A stretch of 63,804 nucleotides of DNA, filler included, from Octopus bimaculoides (lineage: Eukaryota), in assembly GCF_001194135.2 (NCBI RefSeq). It is 5 parts of 4 records of this genome, joined end to end, with 100 filler letters (N's around TTAATTAATTAA, not from the genome) between each part and the next. Parts side by side here need not be neighbours in the genome. Positions count along the whole stretch, not along the records: positions 42,069 to 61,354 come from NC_068990.1; positions 61,455 to 62,679 come from NC_068988.1; positions 62,780 to 63,804 come from NW_026324384.1; 2 more parts are not named here. One strand, 5' to 3'. The position numbers were made by a program, and so were the translations under genes. The stretch's first letter is position 1. Each line of letters begins with the position of its first letter. The notes under the pieces were generated by a model. That model made no database searches. It was given only the letters and a program-made list of their open reading frames with translations, and had not been told where the DNA came from. Positions 49,515 to 63,414 of this stretch are shown here, one piece after another.

Positions 49515-50767
49515 GTCTGTGGTAGGCCACAAGGAAGCATATAGCATAGTGTTATAGTGCAGCAACTGAGTGCAGCGATAGAGTGCTATTTTGGGCCTGG
49601 TTATTCTTTAGTGTTTTTGTAATGGTTGGTCAATTATGATAAGGTACAGAGGTAAAGCTCAGTGATATACCCTGATATCAAGAAGTATGGTTACTAAAGC
49701 GGTAATACCCCTTTGCCCAATAGTATTCAACCGCACGCGATTGGTAATACTCACCGTACTGTACACTGTCAGAGTGCAGTGTTGGACTGAAGGACCTAAG
49801 TTTTATTGATACAGTCCTTCCTGTTCCTAAGATATTGTACCAATATGCGTTTCTAAAGATGTGTTAGGGACTGTACTATTGGGTACATCTGCAGGTTCTG
49901 TTATAAAAGTGCAACCGTTAGCTGTTTTTTTTACAAAGCAGTGTTATGTAAGGAAGGAGCATCCGAAGGATTAGTGTTAGGTAATAATATATGGTTACAG
50001 AGAATGGTCCATCCATAATGTGCCGTGTTAAGTAACTGCGCATAGGAACATTCAAAGGTGCAATGGTAATGTACATTGTTAGATAGCAACGTATAGTTTA
50101 TGTAAGAAGGTGCATTCGTAAGATACGATGTTTGGTAACGGGTTATCGGTGCATTGAGGTCAATCTGTGAAGTGCAGTGTTATGTAGTAATATGAGTGCA
50201 ATGGGAAAGTGCATTAAGGATTGCAATGCTAGACACAATACAAGTACAACCCTATTGCACATTCATAACGGACGTGTTAGACACCAGTGCATAGGTGCAC
50301 CAGAAAGGTGCATTAATATAGTGCAGTTTCAGAATACAATATGGATTGGTGCAGCAAGATGCATTAGTGATTTGGAGTGTTAAATAAAAGTATATAGGTG
50401 AAGTAGGAATATGCATTAGTATTTGTGCAGTGACAGCGTGCACGATACAGGTGCAGCAGAACAGTGAGTTAGTAATATTCATTCCTAGGTAATGTGCATC
50501 AGGAAGGTGCATGAAGAATGCGCATTAAGGAGATGCAGCGTTCGATATGAGAATGTAGGTGTAGTAGGAAGGTGTATTGTTAGGCAACAGCATTTAGATG
50601 CATATAGTTGCACGTAGATGTAACTGCGAATTGCACCTAGAAGGTGCAGCAAAATATAATTGTTATTAACTGCAATTACTTGTTAAATAAAGGACTCAAT
50701 ATGGAAGACATACCTACATATCCGTTTATATGCGGCTACACACACTTGAATACACACACACACATAC

Positions 50768-50830
<63 letters not shown>

Positions 50831-51161
50831 TATATATATAGGTCTATCTATCTGTCTGTCTGTCTGTCTATCTGTTTCTCTGTCTATCTATCTGTCTGTC
50901 TGTCTCTCTATCTGTCTGTCTGTCTCTCTATCTGTCTGTCTGTCTCTCTATGTCTGTCTGTCTGTCGCTCCCCGCTACCGCTTGACAACCGGTGTTGCTT
51001 CGATTACGTTCTCGTAGCGAAGCACTTCTAAAATAGCGATCAATAAAATAAATATTAGGCTTTAAAAAAAATATAAAACTGAAACAAGATTTATTTGTTT
51101 ATTTATATATATATTTATATATGAATGTACACGCACGCACACGCACACACATACACCTATC

Positions 51162-51220
<59 letters not shown>

Positions 51221-51372
51221 TGAATATACATACATAAACACACACGGATTTGTATACAGTCAACGATGTATGTGTAATCTATACATACACGCTTCTCTCT
51301 GCTTATACGCATACTACTTCTGTACAGGCACAGAAATACACACACACACACACACACAGACACACACATATA

Positions 51373-51631
51373 TTCTTTTATTCTTTTACTTGTCTCAGTC
51401 ATTTGACTGCGGCCATGCTGGAGCACCGCCTTTAGTCGAAAGTTACGGGGACGTAAACACACCAACATCGGTTGTCAAGCGATGGTGGGAGTGTGTGTGG
51501 GTGTGTGTGTGGGTGTGTGTGGGGGGAACAAGTACAGACACACAAGCACACACACACACACACATTTATATATACGACGGGCTTCTTTCAGTTTCTGCCT
51601 ACCAAATCCACTCACGAGGCTTTGGTCGGCA
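51373..51631 (-). mobile_element. SINE family C, 5'-truncated
   Basis: Reverse complement of the family C body and tail. Confidence 0.8.
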
Positions 51632-51758
51632 CACGAATACACACACGCATACACTTCATACATAGTTCTACACACACACACACACTGCATGTATAGACTG
51701 AAACATTCATACACGTACATTGAAATACAGTCGTTTATACATATACTTATACACGCAC

Positions 51759-51814
51759 GTGGCTAATCTCATTAGTCCTGGACGGTCTCCAAGGCTCGAG
51801 GGCTCGGGCCCTTC
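51759..51814 (-). CDS. EF-hand-like protein, candidate 56-nt exon 2: EGPEPSSLGDRPGLMRLA(T)
   Basis: GC-rich island. Acceptor tttcttttcttacttgccgaatatcgAG, donor AC/GTGCGT. Phase 0 to 2 bridges exons 1 and 3 and supplies the Glu at EF-loop position 12. Confidence 0.4.
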
Positions 51815-52019
51815 CTCGATATTCGGCAAGTAAGAAAAGAAACAAACAAAACATAAAAATCGCGTGTAAACAAACACAACACACATAGTTCTGTGTGTAC
51901 ACCTACAGCCTCCACCCAGGGTGTCTATAAGTACTGAAGTCGTTCGACCAAAAATTAAAGGTGGTGTCCCAGCATGGCCGCAGTATAATGACCGAAACAA
52001 GAAACAGATAAAAGATGAA

Positions 52020-52054
<35 letters not shown>

Positions 52055-52441
52055 CGTGTAAATATAGATACATACATGAATTCATACACCCACACACTCA
52101 CTGACATACACACACGCACATATGTATATATACACACACACACACACACATTCGGTATATATAAACAACAATGATATGAGACAGCCAATGGCATATATGA
52201 ATTATATATTAATGTAGATATGCATATATGTATATATACATATGTGTGTGTGTGTGCGTTTATGTGTGTGTGTATATATATATATATACATGCATAGTTA
52301 AACACACCGTAGCAAACTATTCCACAAACATACACCTACGCATATTCACACATTACTACATACACAAACATACACCGATGCACAGATAAACACATGCATA
52401 CATATACGTCATGCACATCCGTTTTCAAATGGGCATACGTA

Positions 52442-52539
<98 letters not shown>

Positions 52540-52649
52540 TACACACACGCACGCATACACACAATTATATTCTTGTACACATATACACACATTGTGAATC
52601 CCATGTAAACATCTCTCACATACTTTTGCGGGTACACTTATACACTTAT

Positions 52650-52882
52650 AAGGCGGCGAGCTGGCAGAGACGTTAGCACGCCGGGCGAAATGCTTAGCGG
52701 TATTTCGTCTGCCGCTACGTTCTGAGTTCGAATTCCGCCAAGGTCGACTTTGCCTTTCATCCTTTCGGGGTCGATTAAATAAGTACCAGTTACGCACTGG
52801 GGTCGGTATAATCGACTTAATTCGTTTGTCTGTCCTTGTTTGTCCCCTCTGTGTGTAGCCCCTTGTGGGTAGTAAAGAAATA
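52650..52882 (+). mobile_element. SINE family A, young copy
   Basis: Near-consensus sequence. Confidence 0.9.
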
Positions 52883-52985
52883 ACACTTATACACACACAC
52901 AAACGCACACGCAGGTGCGCGCACATATGCATGCACATACTCAATCTCTCTGTCTCTCTCGCACACACACACAACCATCTCCCGA

Positions 52986-53023
<38 letters not shown>

Positions 53024-53040
53024 ATTACACACACACACAT

Positions 53041-53392
53041 ATTCTTTTATTTGTTTCAGTCATTTAGTCACGCTGGAGCACCGCCTTTAGTCAAACAAAT
53101 CGACACCAGGACTTACTCATTGTAAGCCTAGTACTTATTACATCGGGCTCTTTTGCCAAACCGCCAGCTTACGGGGACGTAAACACACTACCATCGGTTA
53201 TCAAGCAATAGTGGGGGGGGGTACAAACACAGACACACAAACATACAACCACACACACACACATAAATACGACGGGCTTCTTTCAGTTTCCCTGTACCAA
53301 ATCCACTCGTCCCGAATCTATAGTAGAAGACAGTAGCCCAACGTGCCAAGAAGTGGGACTGAACCCGGAACCATATGGTTCCGGGTTCAGTC
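53041..53392 (-). mobile_element. SINE family C ending in a 36-bp perfect palindrome
   Basis: Reverse complement of the family C consensus. Palindrome at 53357-53392. Confidence 0.85.
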
Positions 53393-53640
53393 AGACAGAA
53401 ATGCGCTCATACATATGTGTAAATGCTCTTAAACATGAATATAGGTATTCACAAATAAACACTCTCACATGCGTATGCACGTAACGAAGTGTAGGTATAC
53501 ACGCTTACACATATACAAGCATGCACACATACATATGCACATACAAGCATAAATCTATGCATGTACATACATCTGTCTGTCTGTCTGTCTAGCTCTCTCT
53601 CTCTCCATATATATATAATTGTATAACTATATATAATTAT

Positions 53641-53675
<35 letters not shown>

Positions 53676-53896
53676 CATACATATGTATATGTGTATATAT
53701 ATATATATAAGCATATAATAGTCACACACATGCACAAACCACACATATACATGTATGCATATATACCTAACGAGCAATATATGTTCACCTGTATGCAGGT
53801 ACATACATACAGACAGACAGGTAGACATACGTACACACTCATACACGTATACATATATACACACTATAAGCACACGTACACCTATATATCAAGGGA

Positions 53897-53949
<53 letters not shown>

Positions 53950-54116
53950 NNNNNNNNNNNNNNNNNNNNNNNNNNNNNNNNNNNNNNNNNNNNNNNNNNN
54001 NNNNNNNNNNNNNNNNNNNNNNNNNNNNNNNNNNNNNNNNNNNNNNNNNNNNNNNNNNNNNNNNNNNNNNNNNNNNNNNNNNNNNNNNNNNNNNNNNNNN
54101 NNNNNNNNNNNNNNNN

Positions 54117-54186
<70 letters not shown>

Positions 54187-54337
54187 ACAAACTCGCAAGT
54201 GCACGTGCACACACATCTACTATTCCGAAGAAAAAGTGTGTTTGCTTATTCACGTTTTACGGAAACATGTGTACACACATACGGACACAATTTTAGATGC
54301 AGACGACATCTCACTACACAAGCATATAAATCATACG

Positions 54338-54391
<54 letters not shown>

Positions 54392-54428
54392 AGTGTCTGT
54401 CTACATACAATATATACGCGCGCGCGCG

Positions 54429-54461
<33 letters not shown>

Positions 54462-54613
54462 TTGCGTGCGCGTGATGTTGCGTGAGCGCACGTTTGTGAA
54501 ATGTTTATCTTTACGTTCTCTTTGAGTGTATGTGCTTATATATATGTATATATATATATATATATATAACACGTGCACAAACACACACACACACACACAC
54601 ACAGGTGTGTGTG

Positions 54614-54666
<53 letters not shown>

Positions 54667-54668
54667 CT

Positions 54669-55195
54669 GCGGTCATGGCAGTGCTAAGAAGCTTGCTCCC
54701 CAACCACATAGTTCCGAGTTCACTCCCACTGTTTGGCACCTTGGGCAAGTGTCTCCTACTATAGCCTCGGACCGGCCAAAGCCTTTTGAGTGGATTTGGC
54801 AGACGGAAACTGTGTTTGTCTACAACTCCCCCCGGCGCTTGACAACCGGTGTTAGTGTGTTTACTTCTCCGTAACCTAGCGACTCGTCAAATAACCTAGG
54901 AGAATATTTGCCGCGCTAAAAAAATAAAAAAAGAAGTACTAGGGTTGATTCATTCGGTTAAAACTTCCTTAAGGGGATGCCCCAGCATGGCCGCAATGTA
55001 ATGACAGAAACATGTAGGATAAAATATATACATATATTTTATATATACAGTTTCTATCTACCACATCCACTCGCAAGGCTTTGGTCAGCCCTTGGCTATA
55101 GTAGAAGACACTTGCCCAAGGTGCCTGGTAGTGGCCGCAGTCAAACGACTCAAGGATGGCAGCAGTCAAATGACTGAAACAAGTAAAAGAATTAA
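54669..55195 (+). mobile_element. SINE family C plus partial second copy
   Basis: Family C consensus with two tails. Confidence 0.8.
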
Positions 55196-55216
55196 ACAAT
55201 ATGTTTGTGCGCGCGC

Positions 55217-55260
<44 letters not shown>

Positions 55261-56087
55261 NNNNNNNNNNNNNNNNNNNNNNNNNNNNNNNNNNNNNNNN
55301 NNNNNNNNNNNNNNNNNNNNNNNNNNNNNNNNNNNNNNNNNNNNNNNNNNNNNNNNNNNNNNNNNNNNNNNNNNNNNNNNNNNNNNNNNNNNNNNNNNNN
55401 NNNNNNNNNNNNNNNNNNNNNNNNNNNNNNNNNNNNNNNNNNNNNNNNNNNNNNNNNNNNNNNNNNNNNNNNNNNNNNNNNNNNNNNNNNNNNNNNNNNN
55501 NNNNNNNNNNNNNNNNNNNNNNNNNNNNNNNNNNNNNNNNNNNNNNNNNNNNNNNNNNNNNNNNNNNNNNNNNNNNNNNNNNNNNNNNNNNNNNNNNNNN
55601 NNNNNNNNNNNNNNNNNNNNNNNNNNNNNNNNNNNNNNNNNNNNNNNNNNNNNNNNNNNNNNNNNNNNNNNNNNNNNNNNNNNNNNNNNNNNNNNNNNNN
55701 NNNNNNNNNNNNNNNNNNNNNNNNNNNNNNNNNNNNNNNNNNNNNNNNNNNNNNNNNNNNNNNNNNNNNNNNNNNNNNNNNNNNNNNNNNNNNNNNNNNN
55801 NNNNNNNNNNNNNNNNNNNNNNNNNNNNNNNNNNNNNNNNNNNNNNNNNNNNNNNNNNNNNNNNNNNNNNNNNNNNNNNNNNNNNNNNNNNNNNNNNNNN
55901 NNNNNNNNNNNNNNNNNNNNNNNNNNNNNNNNNNNNNNNNNNNNNNNNNNNNNNNNNNNNNNNNNNNNNNNNNNNNNNNNNNNNNNNNATATATATATAT
56001 ATATATATATAAACACGCACAGACACACACATACATATTTGTGTGCATATGTATATATGAGATAATACTATATACACGCGCGTGTAA

Positions 56088-56878
56088 CGCAGCTAACTGG
56101 CAGAATCGTTAACACGCTGGACGAAATGCTTAGCGGTATTTCGCCCGTCGCTAATACGTTCAGAGTTCAAATTCCACCGAGGTCGACCTTACCTTTCATA
56201 CTGTCGCGGTCTCTCCCCCAAATTTCAAGCTTTGTTCTTATAGTAGAAACGATTATATATATCCGCCTGTGTGCTTATATATGGTTAGGGTTAAGAGACA
56301 AATTATAACGAACATTTATTGATGAATGTGGTTATGTAGTGTTCATGCGCGTTTCAAGACTATGGTTATATGACTGGGCTCATAGAATGCGAGTATTTTT
56401 TTTCTTTTCTATTGCCATGTCTTACATATGTATAACGACAGACACAGTATATAAAAAACAAATAAACAAAAAGTACAAAAATAAATGAGTACACATACAC
56501 ACACACATTCACACAGAAACGCACATTCTCAGACATATATATAGGCAAATGCAACTTTACACGCATACACAAATATACATGCTATTACATACGCAACTAC
56601 ACATACATACAAACATACACAGCTATATACTCGCATATGCAACAATATTGTAAGAGTTACAAGGCGGTGAGCTGGCAGAAACGTTAGCACGCCGGGCGAA
56701 ATGCTTAGTGGTATTTCGTCTGTCTTCACGTTCTGAGTTCAAATATCGCCGGGGTCGACTTTGCCTTTCATCCTTTCGAGGTCGATAAATTAAGTACCAG
56801 TTACAAACTGGAGTCGATCTAATCGACTGGGCCCCCTCCCCCAAAATTTCGGGCCTTGTGCTTATAGTAGAAAGGAAT
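56088..56878 (+). mobile_element. Two SINE family A copies (56088-56255 internally deleted; 56661-56878)
   Basis: Family A consensus. Confidence 0.85.
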
Positions 56879-58352
56879 ATTGTAAGATTTACGATTACAG
56901 CATAGCGTATGGCTGTCTCGGTGGTTTCGAATCTAGTGTACAGGTGTGTTACGTTTTATACATACCGGCCCCTAGATAGATAGTTCTGATTTATCAGCAC
57001 TATTTTAAATGGTATTGATTGCTGTTGTTGTTATGTAGCGGCTGGTGAGAACTGACCGAGAAGACTTATGAGCATAAGTGATCCTACCGTGACCACTTAG
57101 ATGTAAAATATCTCAGCATAAATTAACCAATAGATATGCCTCTGTCTCGAGTCTGATTTGTGAGTGATGTGACTGCTATTTCTAGTATATGTTGAGTGAC
57201 TAAGTAGAAGTTCCCTCACTAATTTTCTTTATCTGTGTAAGACTATATTTTGAGGTTGGTTATAAAAGAGTAAATACATCTATGAGTGGTTCTTTAATTT
57301 ACTGATCCAGAAATGATGAAAGGTAATACTTGACTTCGCTGAGATTTGAACCCATATGTAGAAAAAAAAAAAAGCCGTAAAAAATATCGCAAAGCATTTT
57401 GTGCGACACACAAACGATTCTGTCACAAACGATTCGTCTTTTAATTGCTAATATAAGCATGAAGCTTGAAATTTTGGTTTGAAGGGTTAGACGATTAAAT
57501 CGACCCCAGAACTGTTCTAGCTTTTCTTTTTATCGACCCCGGAGGGATGAAAGGCAAAGCCGATCTCTGCGAGATGTGAACTCAGAGAAGTAAAGACACT
57601 GCAAATCCCTTTTTGTTTGATGCCCTAACAATACTGCTAATCCACCGCTCTTAAACTACAAGGGTTTAAAACATATAATGCACCAGGAAATGTTACTCAG
57701 GGGATTTGCAAGGACGTGTAGAACAAACAAATAAAATAAACCGAGGAAAGGGATGAATGGCGATATACAATAAATTATAGGAGTACATTTTAAATTCCTA
57801 ATCATAAAAATTATTGCTTAAAACAATTGATAAATTACATAAAAGCACGCCATAATTTGAAAGGATACATGAGAATTAATTATAAATTCACTTGTATTGA
57901 TCGGGTATATTACGACTCCACTCACGCATTTTCTCTTTACACACACCTTACCGTTTCATATTAAGTATTTGTAGGGACACCGTATTTTGTTATGTAACCA
58001 TAATATGCTACGAAGTATATTAAACGCTTTATAAGCTAATTCTGTATTCTAGTGTGTTAGCAGTGCTATTAAATCACTTTTTAAGGTTATCTCTACCGAT
58101 TTTCAATAGAAATTATAACCAGCTCCGATTTGTCATGACGTTTCGGATACGAAACGTCGTAAGAAATCAGTGTTGGCTATTAACTTCTATAGAAAATGTG
58201 TAGAGATTACCTTAAAAAATGATCTTCGTATATAGATTAAGGTTAGTGACTGCAGAACCCTCTGTGACGAGCTCCTTGGTCACAGTAGGCGAGTAATGGC
58301 CTCCGTCCTGTGTATAATTAATATAGAAAATTGTGTAGATTTTCTCACAAAC

Positions 58353-58454
58353 TTTTACTGATATTCTATCATTTTTGTTGCGATCTAATCTCTCCATTTT
58401 GATTAGCACTTCTTCTTCATCATCTTCGCTCATCTCATATATGTCTGCTATCAT
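58353..58454 (-). CDS. EF-hand-like protein, candidate first coding exon: MIADIYEMSEDDEEEVLIKMERLDRNKNDRISVK
   Basis: Helix-loop D-x-N-x-N-x-x-I-S matches EF-hand loop positions 1, 3, 5, 8 and 9. Donor AAA/GTTTGT, phase 0. Start codon uncertain (58454, the next ATG, or an upstream acceptor at 58504). Confidence 0.55.
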
Positions 58455-59043
58455 TTTTCTTGTTGGCTGTGAATATATTTCATACGGGAGGAGATCGGTT
58501 CCACTTTGCGGAAAATGAGCTCTCCTTCGCAGAGTTGGACTCCTCTTCCTCAGAGAGGGAGAGAGAGAGAGCAGGAGAGAGAGAGAGAGAGAGAGGTGTC
58601 CCCCCCCTCCAGAAGAATGGACCCATCCCATCTCATAGACAGTGGTTCCTCTTCATGGAAGATGGGTACGCTTTAATAGGAGATAGATTCTTCCTCAATG
58701 GAATGGATCTCTTCGTCTGCCCCTTCGACCTTATGAAAGTGAATGAAGTGTTACTGCTGTGAAGTGAAAAGCGTTTCCTGATAGTTCGTTTCCTGCTGTT
58801 GTTGCTGTGGGTGACACTCTTTGTCAAATTCTGACTGTCTTTTGCAGTTGTGAATAAGAACACGGAACTACCCTAACAAGTGAAGCTTACAAGTACCAGT
58901 ATCTCTTTTAAGCGTGAATGCTATGTAATTGGACTGTTGTGGATAGCCGGTATCTATACCAATTTGTGATACAATATGGTATCCGCCAGGATAATTTATC
59001 CCTTCTTATACGCTCTCTATATATATTAATCTTGCGTTAGGAT

Positions 59044-59091
<48 letters not shown>

Positions 59092-59980
59092 CTGTTCATT
59101 CCCCCGATTTCAGTTAACGTGTATCAGTGAAAATTTGCGGTTGGATTTGCCTTCTGACTGGTATTTTTAGCGTGCTGGTGCTATTTGTAGCACCCGTAAT
59201 TATTAACACACACACACATATATATGTATATATATATAAATATGTGTGTGTGTGTACCCATCCTTTAACAAACACAAGATTTAAATCTGATCTACAATAA
59301 TATTTTCATGCTCGGAACTATCAGAGCGTGAAAGTTATAACACTTTTAGTGGCTCGCATTTACATCCTGTGTTTATCAAATATTTAGCTCTCAGTGGATG
59401 GGATACATTTTTTTTTCATCCCTACAATAACAGAACAGAACTCTGTATGTATGTATATATAGAGTGAGCTAAACACCGCAGACAGTTACATATGGACACA
59501 ATTTACCATGATTCACGGTGTTTTGTTTCCTGTTGTCAATACTTTACTCACCCATCGCCATTGTCTCGCTGTTAATCAACTAAAATTAGTAAGTATAGTA
59601 TTGGTTTTATAATTATCATCTTATTTGCTGAAGTTGATAGTTACACAATAATGACACACCATAATTGTAAAGATCAATATAATCGATTTTTATCCTTTCA
59701 CGGTTATTGCATGGTCATTTGACCAATAACTGAAGCCAATAAATGAGTAAAAGAAAGACCGCACCTCCATTTTCGTTGTATCGAACCTACACGCATCAAC
59801 TTAGATATAATATCTATTTATATAAAGCAAGCTAAACAACTCCCCCATACACCTCGTCCCCATACGCGTTACCTTACGCATGTATCTATAAAAGAACCTA
59901 AACGACACTCTCGATTAGTTTCGACTGGTTATTACGTGTACCACCGGGAGTATCTATTGCAATGTTCTATAGCTCTTTAT

Positions 59981-60024
<44 letters not shown>

Positions 60025-60407
60025 AGAGAGAGANNNNNNNNNNNNNNNNNNNNNNNNNNNNNNNNNNNNNNNNNNNNNNNNNNNNNNNNNNNNNNNNNNN
60101 NNNNNNNNNNNNNNNNNNNNNNNNNNNNNNNNNNNNNNNNNNNNNNNNNNNNNNNNNNNNNNNNNNNNNNNNNNNNNNNNNNNNNNNNNNNNNNNNNNNN
60201 NNNNNNNNNNNNNNNNNNNNNNNNNNNNNNNNNNNNNNNNNNNNNNNNNNNNNNNNNNNNNNNNNNNNNNNNNNNNNNNNNNNNNNNNNNNNNNNNNNNN
60301 NNNNNNNNNNNNNNNNNNNNNNNNNNNNNNNNNNNNNNNNNNNNNNNNNNNNNNNNNNNNNNNNNNNNNNNNNNNNNNNNNNNNNNNNNNNNNNNNNNNN
60401 NNNNNNN

Positions 60408-60467
<60 letters not shown>

Positions 60468-60547
60468 TTGAAAGAGAGAGAGGAATAAAGAGGGACACAC
60501 AGTTGACGAACGGATAGTTAGACTGATGGGTTGATAGACAGACAGAC

Positions 60548-60601
<54 letters not shown>

Positions 60602-60817
60602 AATCCGGAACCTAGTAAAGCTAGCTGTCCGGATTCGTCAGTAAGAAGTGATACAATAGCATAAGGATATATAAAAAGAGAGTTAAATTTTGTGAATTAA
60701 GCTTTATGGAACACAAAAGAATTACCAACGTGTTACGTGTAGTTTCTTTGTCGATGTAGAGAAGTGAAAAACTATGAAAGGGTGGAAACAAACTAATCGT
60801 GTTTTGTTTCAGCGTAT

Positions 60818-60995
60818 CACGTGGATAATGGCTACCGGAAGTGAGTTGTGATTGCGTGTTTTCTAGTACAGTGTAGAAAGTGGTGGTCGTCGATGTGCTA
60901 AATGTCGGCCTTGCGCAAAAAAAAAAAAAGAAAATAATAATAAAATAAGGGTGGGAAGTGGGTAGTAAAAGTAAGCAGCAGGATATAGATATTGG
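60818..60995. promoter_or_regulatory. Possible promoter motif cluster
   Basis: E-box CACGTG at 60818-60823, ETS-type ACCGGAAGTG at 60834-60843, ATTGG (CCAAT on minus) at 60991-60995, in a locally CpG-richer stretch. Motif matches only. Confidence 0.3.
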
Positions 60996-61354
60996 CCGAC
61001 GTGTATGAACCAGGCAATATAAGGGAGCGCCTACGTGCAAGAGTCGAACTGTATGAGTAAATGTGCGTCTGTATGTGTATATGGAAAGGGTGGCTAAAAG
61101 TTACAAACAAACGAATTAGAGGAAAATTTAATCAATTGTTTATTCGGCTGGAAGAGAACGGCTCGAAAAGAAAACAAGAAAAATAAGAAAAAATCAATTA
61201 CTGTTCACGAAGGAGTTGGGTAAATTGTGAAACCTGGTGAAAGGAAGTTATGGAGCGACCGGTGGAGTTGAAATGCTGTGTAACAGGTTTTTAGAGGGCC
61301 AGGGCACTTTAAATCGGCCAACTAAATCGATATACCAACTAACCAGTCTCACCC

Positions 61355-61454
61355 NNNNNNNNNNNNNNNNNNNNNNNNNNNNNNNNNNNNNNNNNNNNTT
61401 AATTAATTAANNNNNNNNNNNNNNNNNNNNNNNNNNNNNNNNNNNNNNNNNNNN
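61355..61454. other. Assembly join pad
   Basis: 44 N + TTAATTAATTAA + 44 N. Confidence 0.95.
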
Positions 61455-61573
61455 CTCTATCCTTTAAGAGACATGTATACATATATATATACAAAAACTC
61501 AACTGTGAGTTTTTGGCTAAGACTGTTAACAGATACTATATATTTTGTAAAATTTGTTTTATAAAAGTATATA

Positions 61574-61622
<49 letters not shown>

Positions 61623-62504
61623 AACACACAAACACATAAACACGCACACATACATAAATACATACACACAAACATGCATACATACATGTGCCATGCCTAG
61701 AAACGATGCACCATACTAGAATTCTCGAATCGAATCCAAAATAACATTACTGCAGATTCTTGTTAGAATTCACGCATAAATGGAATCAGGCCAGGCTACT
61801 TCAGACCGGCACCGTCTTATAAGTTATAATAATTAATTCAAACCAAATAACAAATATTTGAAAGCATTTAAAGCATACGCAATGCGATATACCTCGCTTC
61901 CACAAGGTCTTCCTCCGTTAATATTTTTTAGATTATTCACATTTCAAGAAATACACTTCGACCCATGGTGACACCTCTTGGAATATCAATCTAAAATCTA
62001 ATACATTGTATATTGAAGACATTCATTCACTCAAGTTTCAAAACATAATCTACGGAATTAAATGTCTCAAACTTGCTAAAGCCTTACCATTTAACGGTAT
62101 CGAAAAATAAAATTTTGTTAATTCTTCGCTGAACTTTCTTAACAAACGTAACGAATTTACCTTCAATTCTAAATATACATTGAGACTTACATCGAAGATG
62201 CTTATGAGAGGAAATGGCTTTACTAATAAAGACCTGAAAGAATACCTGGTTTTATCAAATGATTTATTATTAAATTATTTTCGCTAACTCCACTATGTAT
62301 TTTCACTATATGCACTTAGTTGTTTCTCTTACGCTTCGTAATGATTCTTAATTTTATTTTATGCTATCCCATATCATTATATTACTTGATCACTGGATTA
62401 TTATTTCATTTTATATCATTGTCTCATGCAGCCTCCTATTTTTTTAGCCTAACACTACTTTATCGAAATTCCTTTACATAGATCATGTTTCCCCTATTTC
62501 ATTT

Positions 62505-62578
<74 letters not shown>

Positions 62579-62679
62579 AATATTTCAATACAAATGTATT
62601 AATTTCCAGCGAAAAATAGCCCTATAAGGGTATATATAAATTCAGAAGAGTGGTACAACAAGGCACCGATATTTACTGG

Positions 62680-62779
62680 NNNNNNNNNNNNNNNNNNNNN
62701 NNNNNNNNNNNNNNNNNNNNNNNTTAATTAATTAANNNNNNNNNNNNNNNNNNNNNNNNNNNNNNNNNNNNNNNNNNNN
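62680..62779. other. Assembly join pad
   Basis: 44 N + TTAATTAATTAA + 44 N. Confidence 0.95.
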
Positions 62780-62949
62780 ATATGTGTGTATGTGTGTACA
62801 TATATGAATATATACATATATCTACACACACACATAATTGATTAATATTTAAGAGAAATGTGAATTAAAATATATTTATTCCGTATACAGCTAATTAAAG
62901 CCCCTGGTTTATCTAATCAAAATTTCATTGCCTTGTGCCTTCAGTAGAA

Positions 62950-63088
<139 letters not shown>

Positions 63089-63414
63089 ATGATAAGGTGT
63101 CAGGCTGACAGAATCAATGGAAGCAGTCTCTACTAATTAACCATCACTAAAATGATCAAGCACAAAGCACACATATTGAAAACAAGAAAGGTAAGCTTAC
63201 TCAGATGCCTTCATGATAACAAGTTCATTTAAATTCTAAGAACCCAAGTAACTGTATTATATGTGGGAATCGCAGCAGGGTTTATAAAATTAGAACAACA
63301 GAATATTTAGATTAAGACAAAGGAATAAATGTACCGAGCTCTAATTATTGTTTCTTACTTAAAATGCAGTACTACAATGATTGAAGGGTTTAGTTGCTCG
63401 GAGTATGTATGAAA

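Larger units (their letters stand above)
47900..50650. repeat. Long, highly degenerate low-complexity/minisatellite region with recurring (ag)gtgca/gtaca motif
   Basis: G/T/A-skewed, repeated gtgca.t and aggtgca. Interrupted by a SINE and a MITE. Confidence 0.6.

Noticed and set aside
58455-58863. Long N-terminal coding extension upstream of the EF-hand exon
   Set aside because: No frame stays open from 58863 to 58455. The EF-hand frame opens only at ~58631 and reads through a (CT)n tract, so 5' UTR or intron is more likely.
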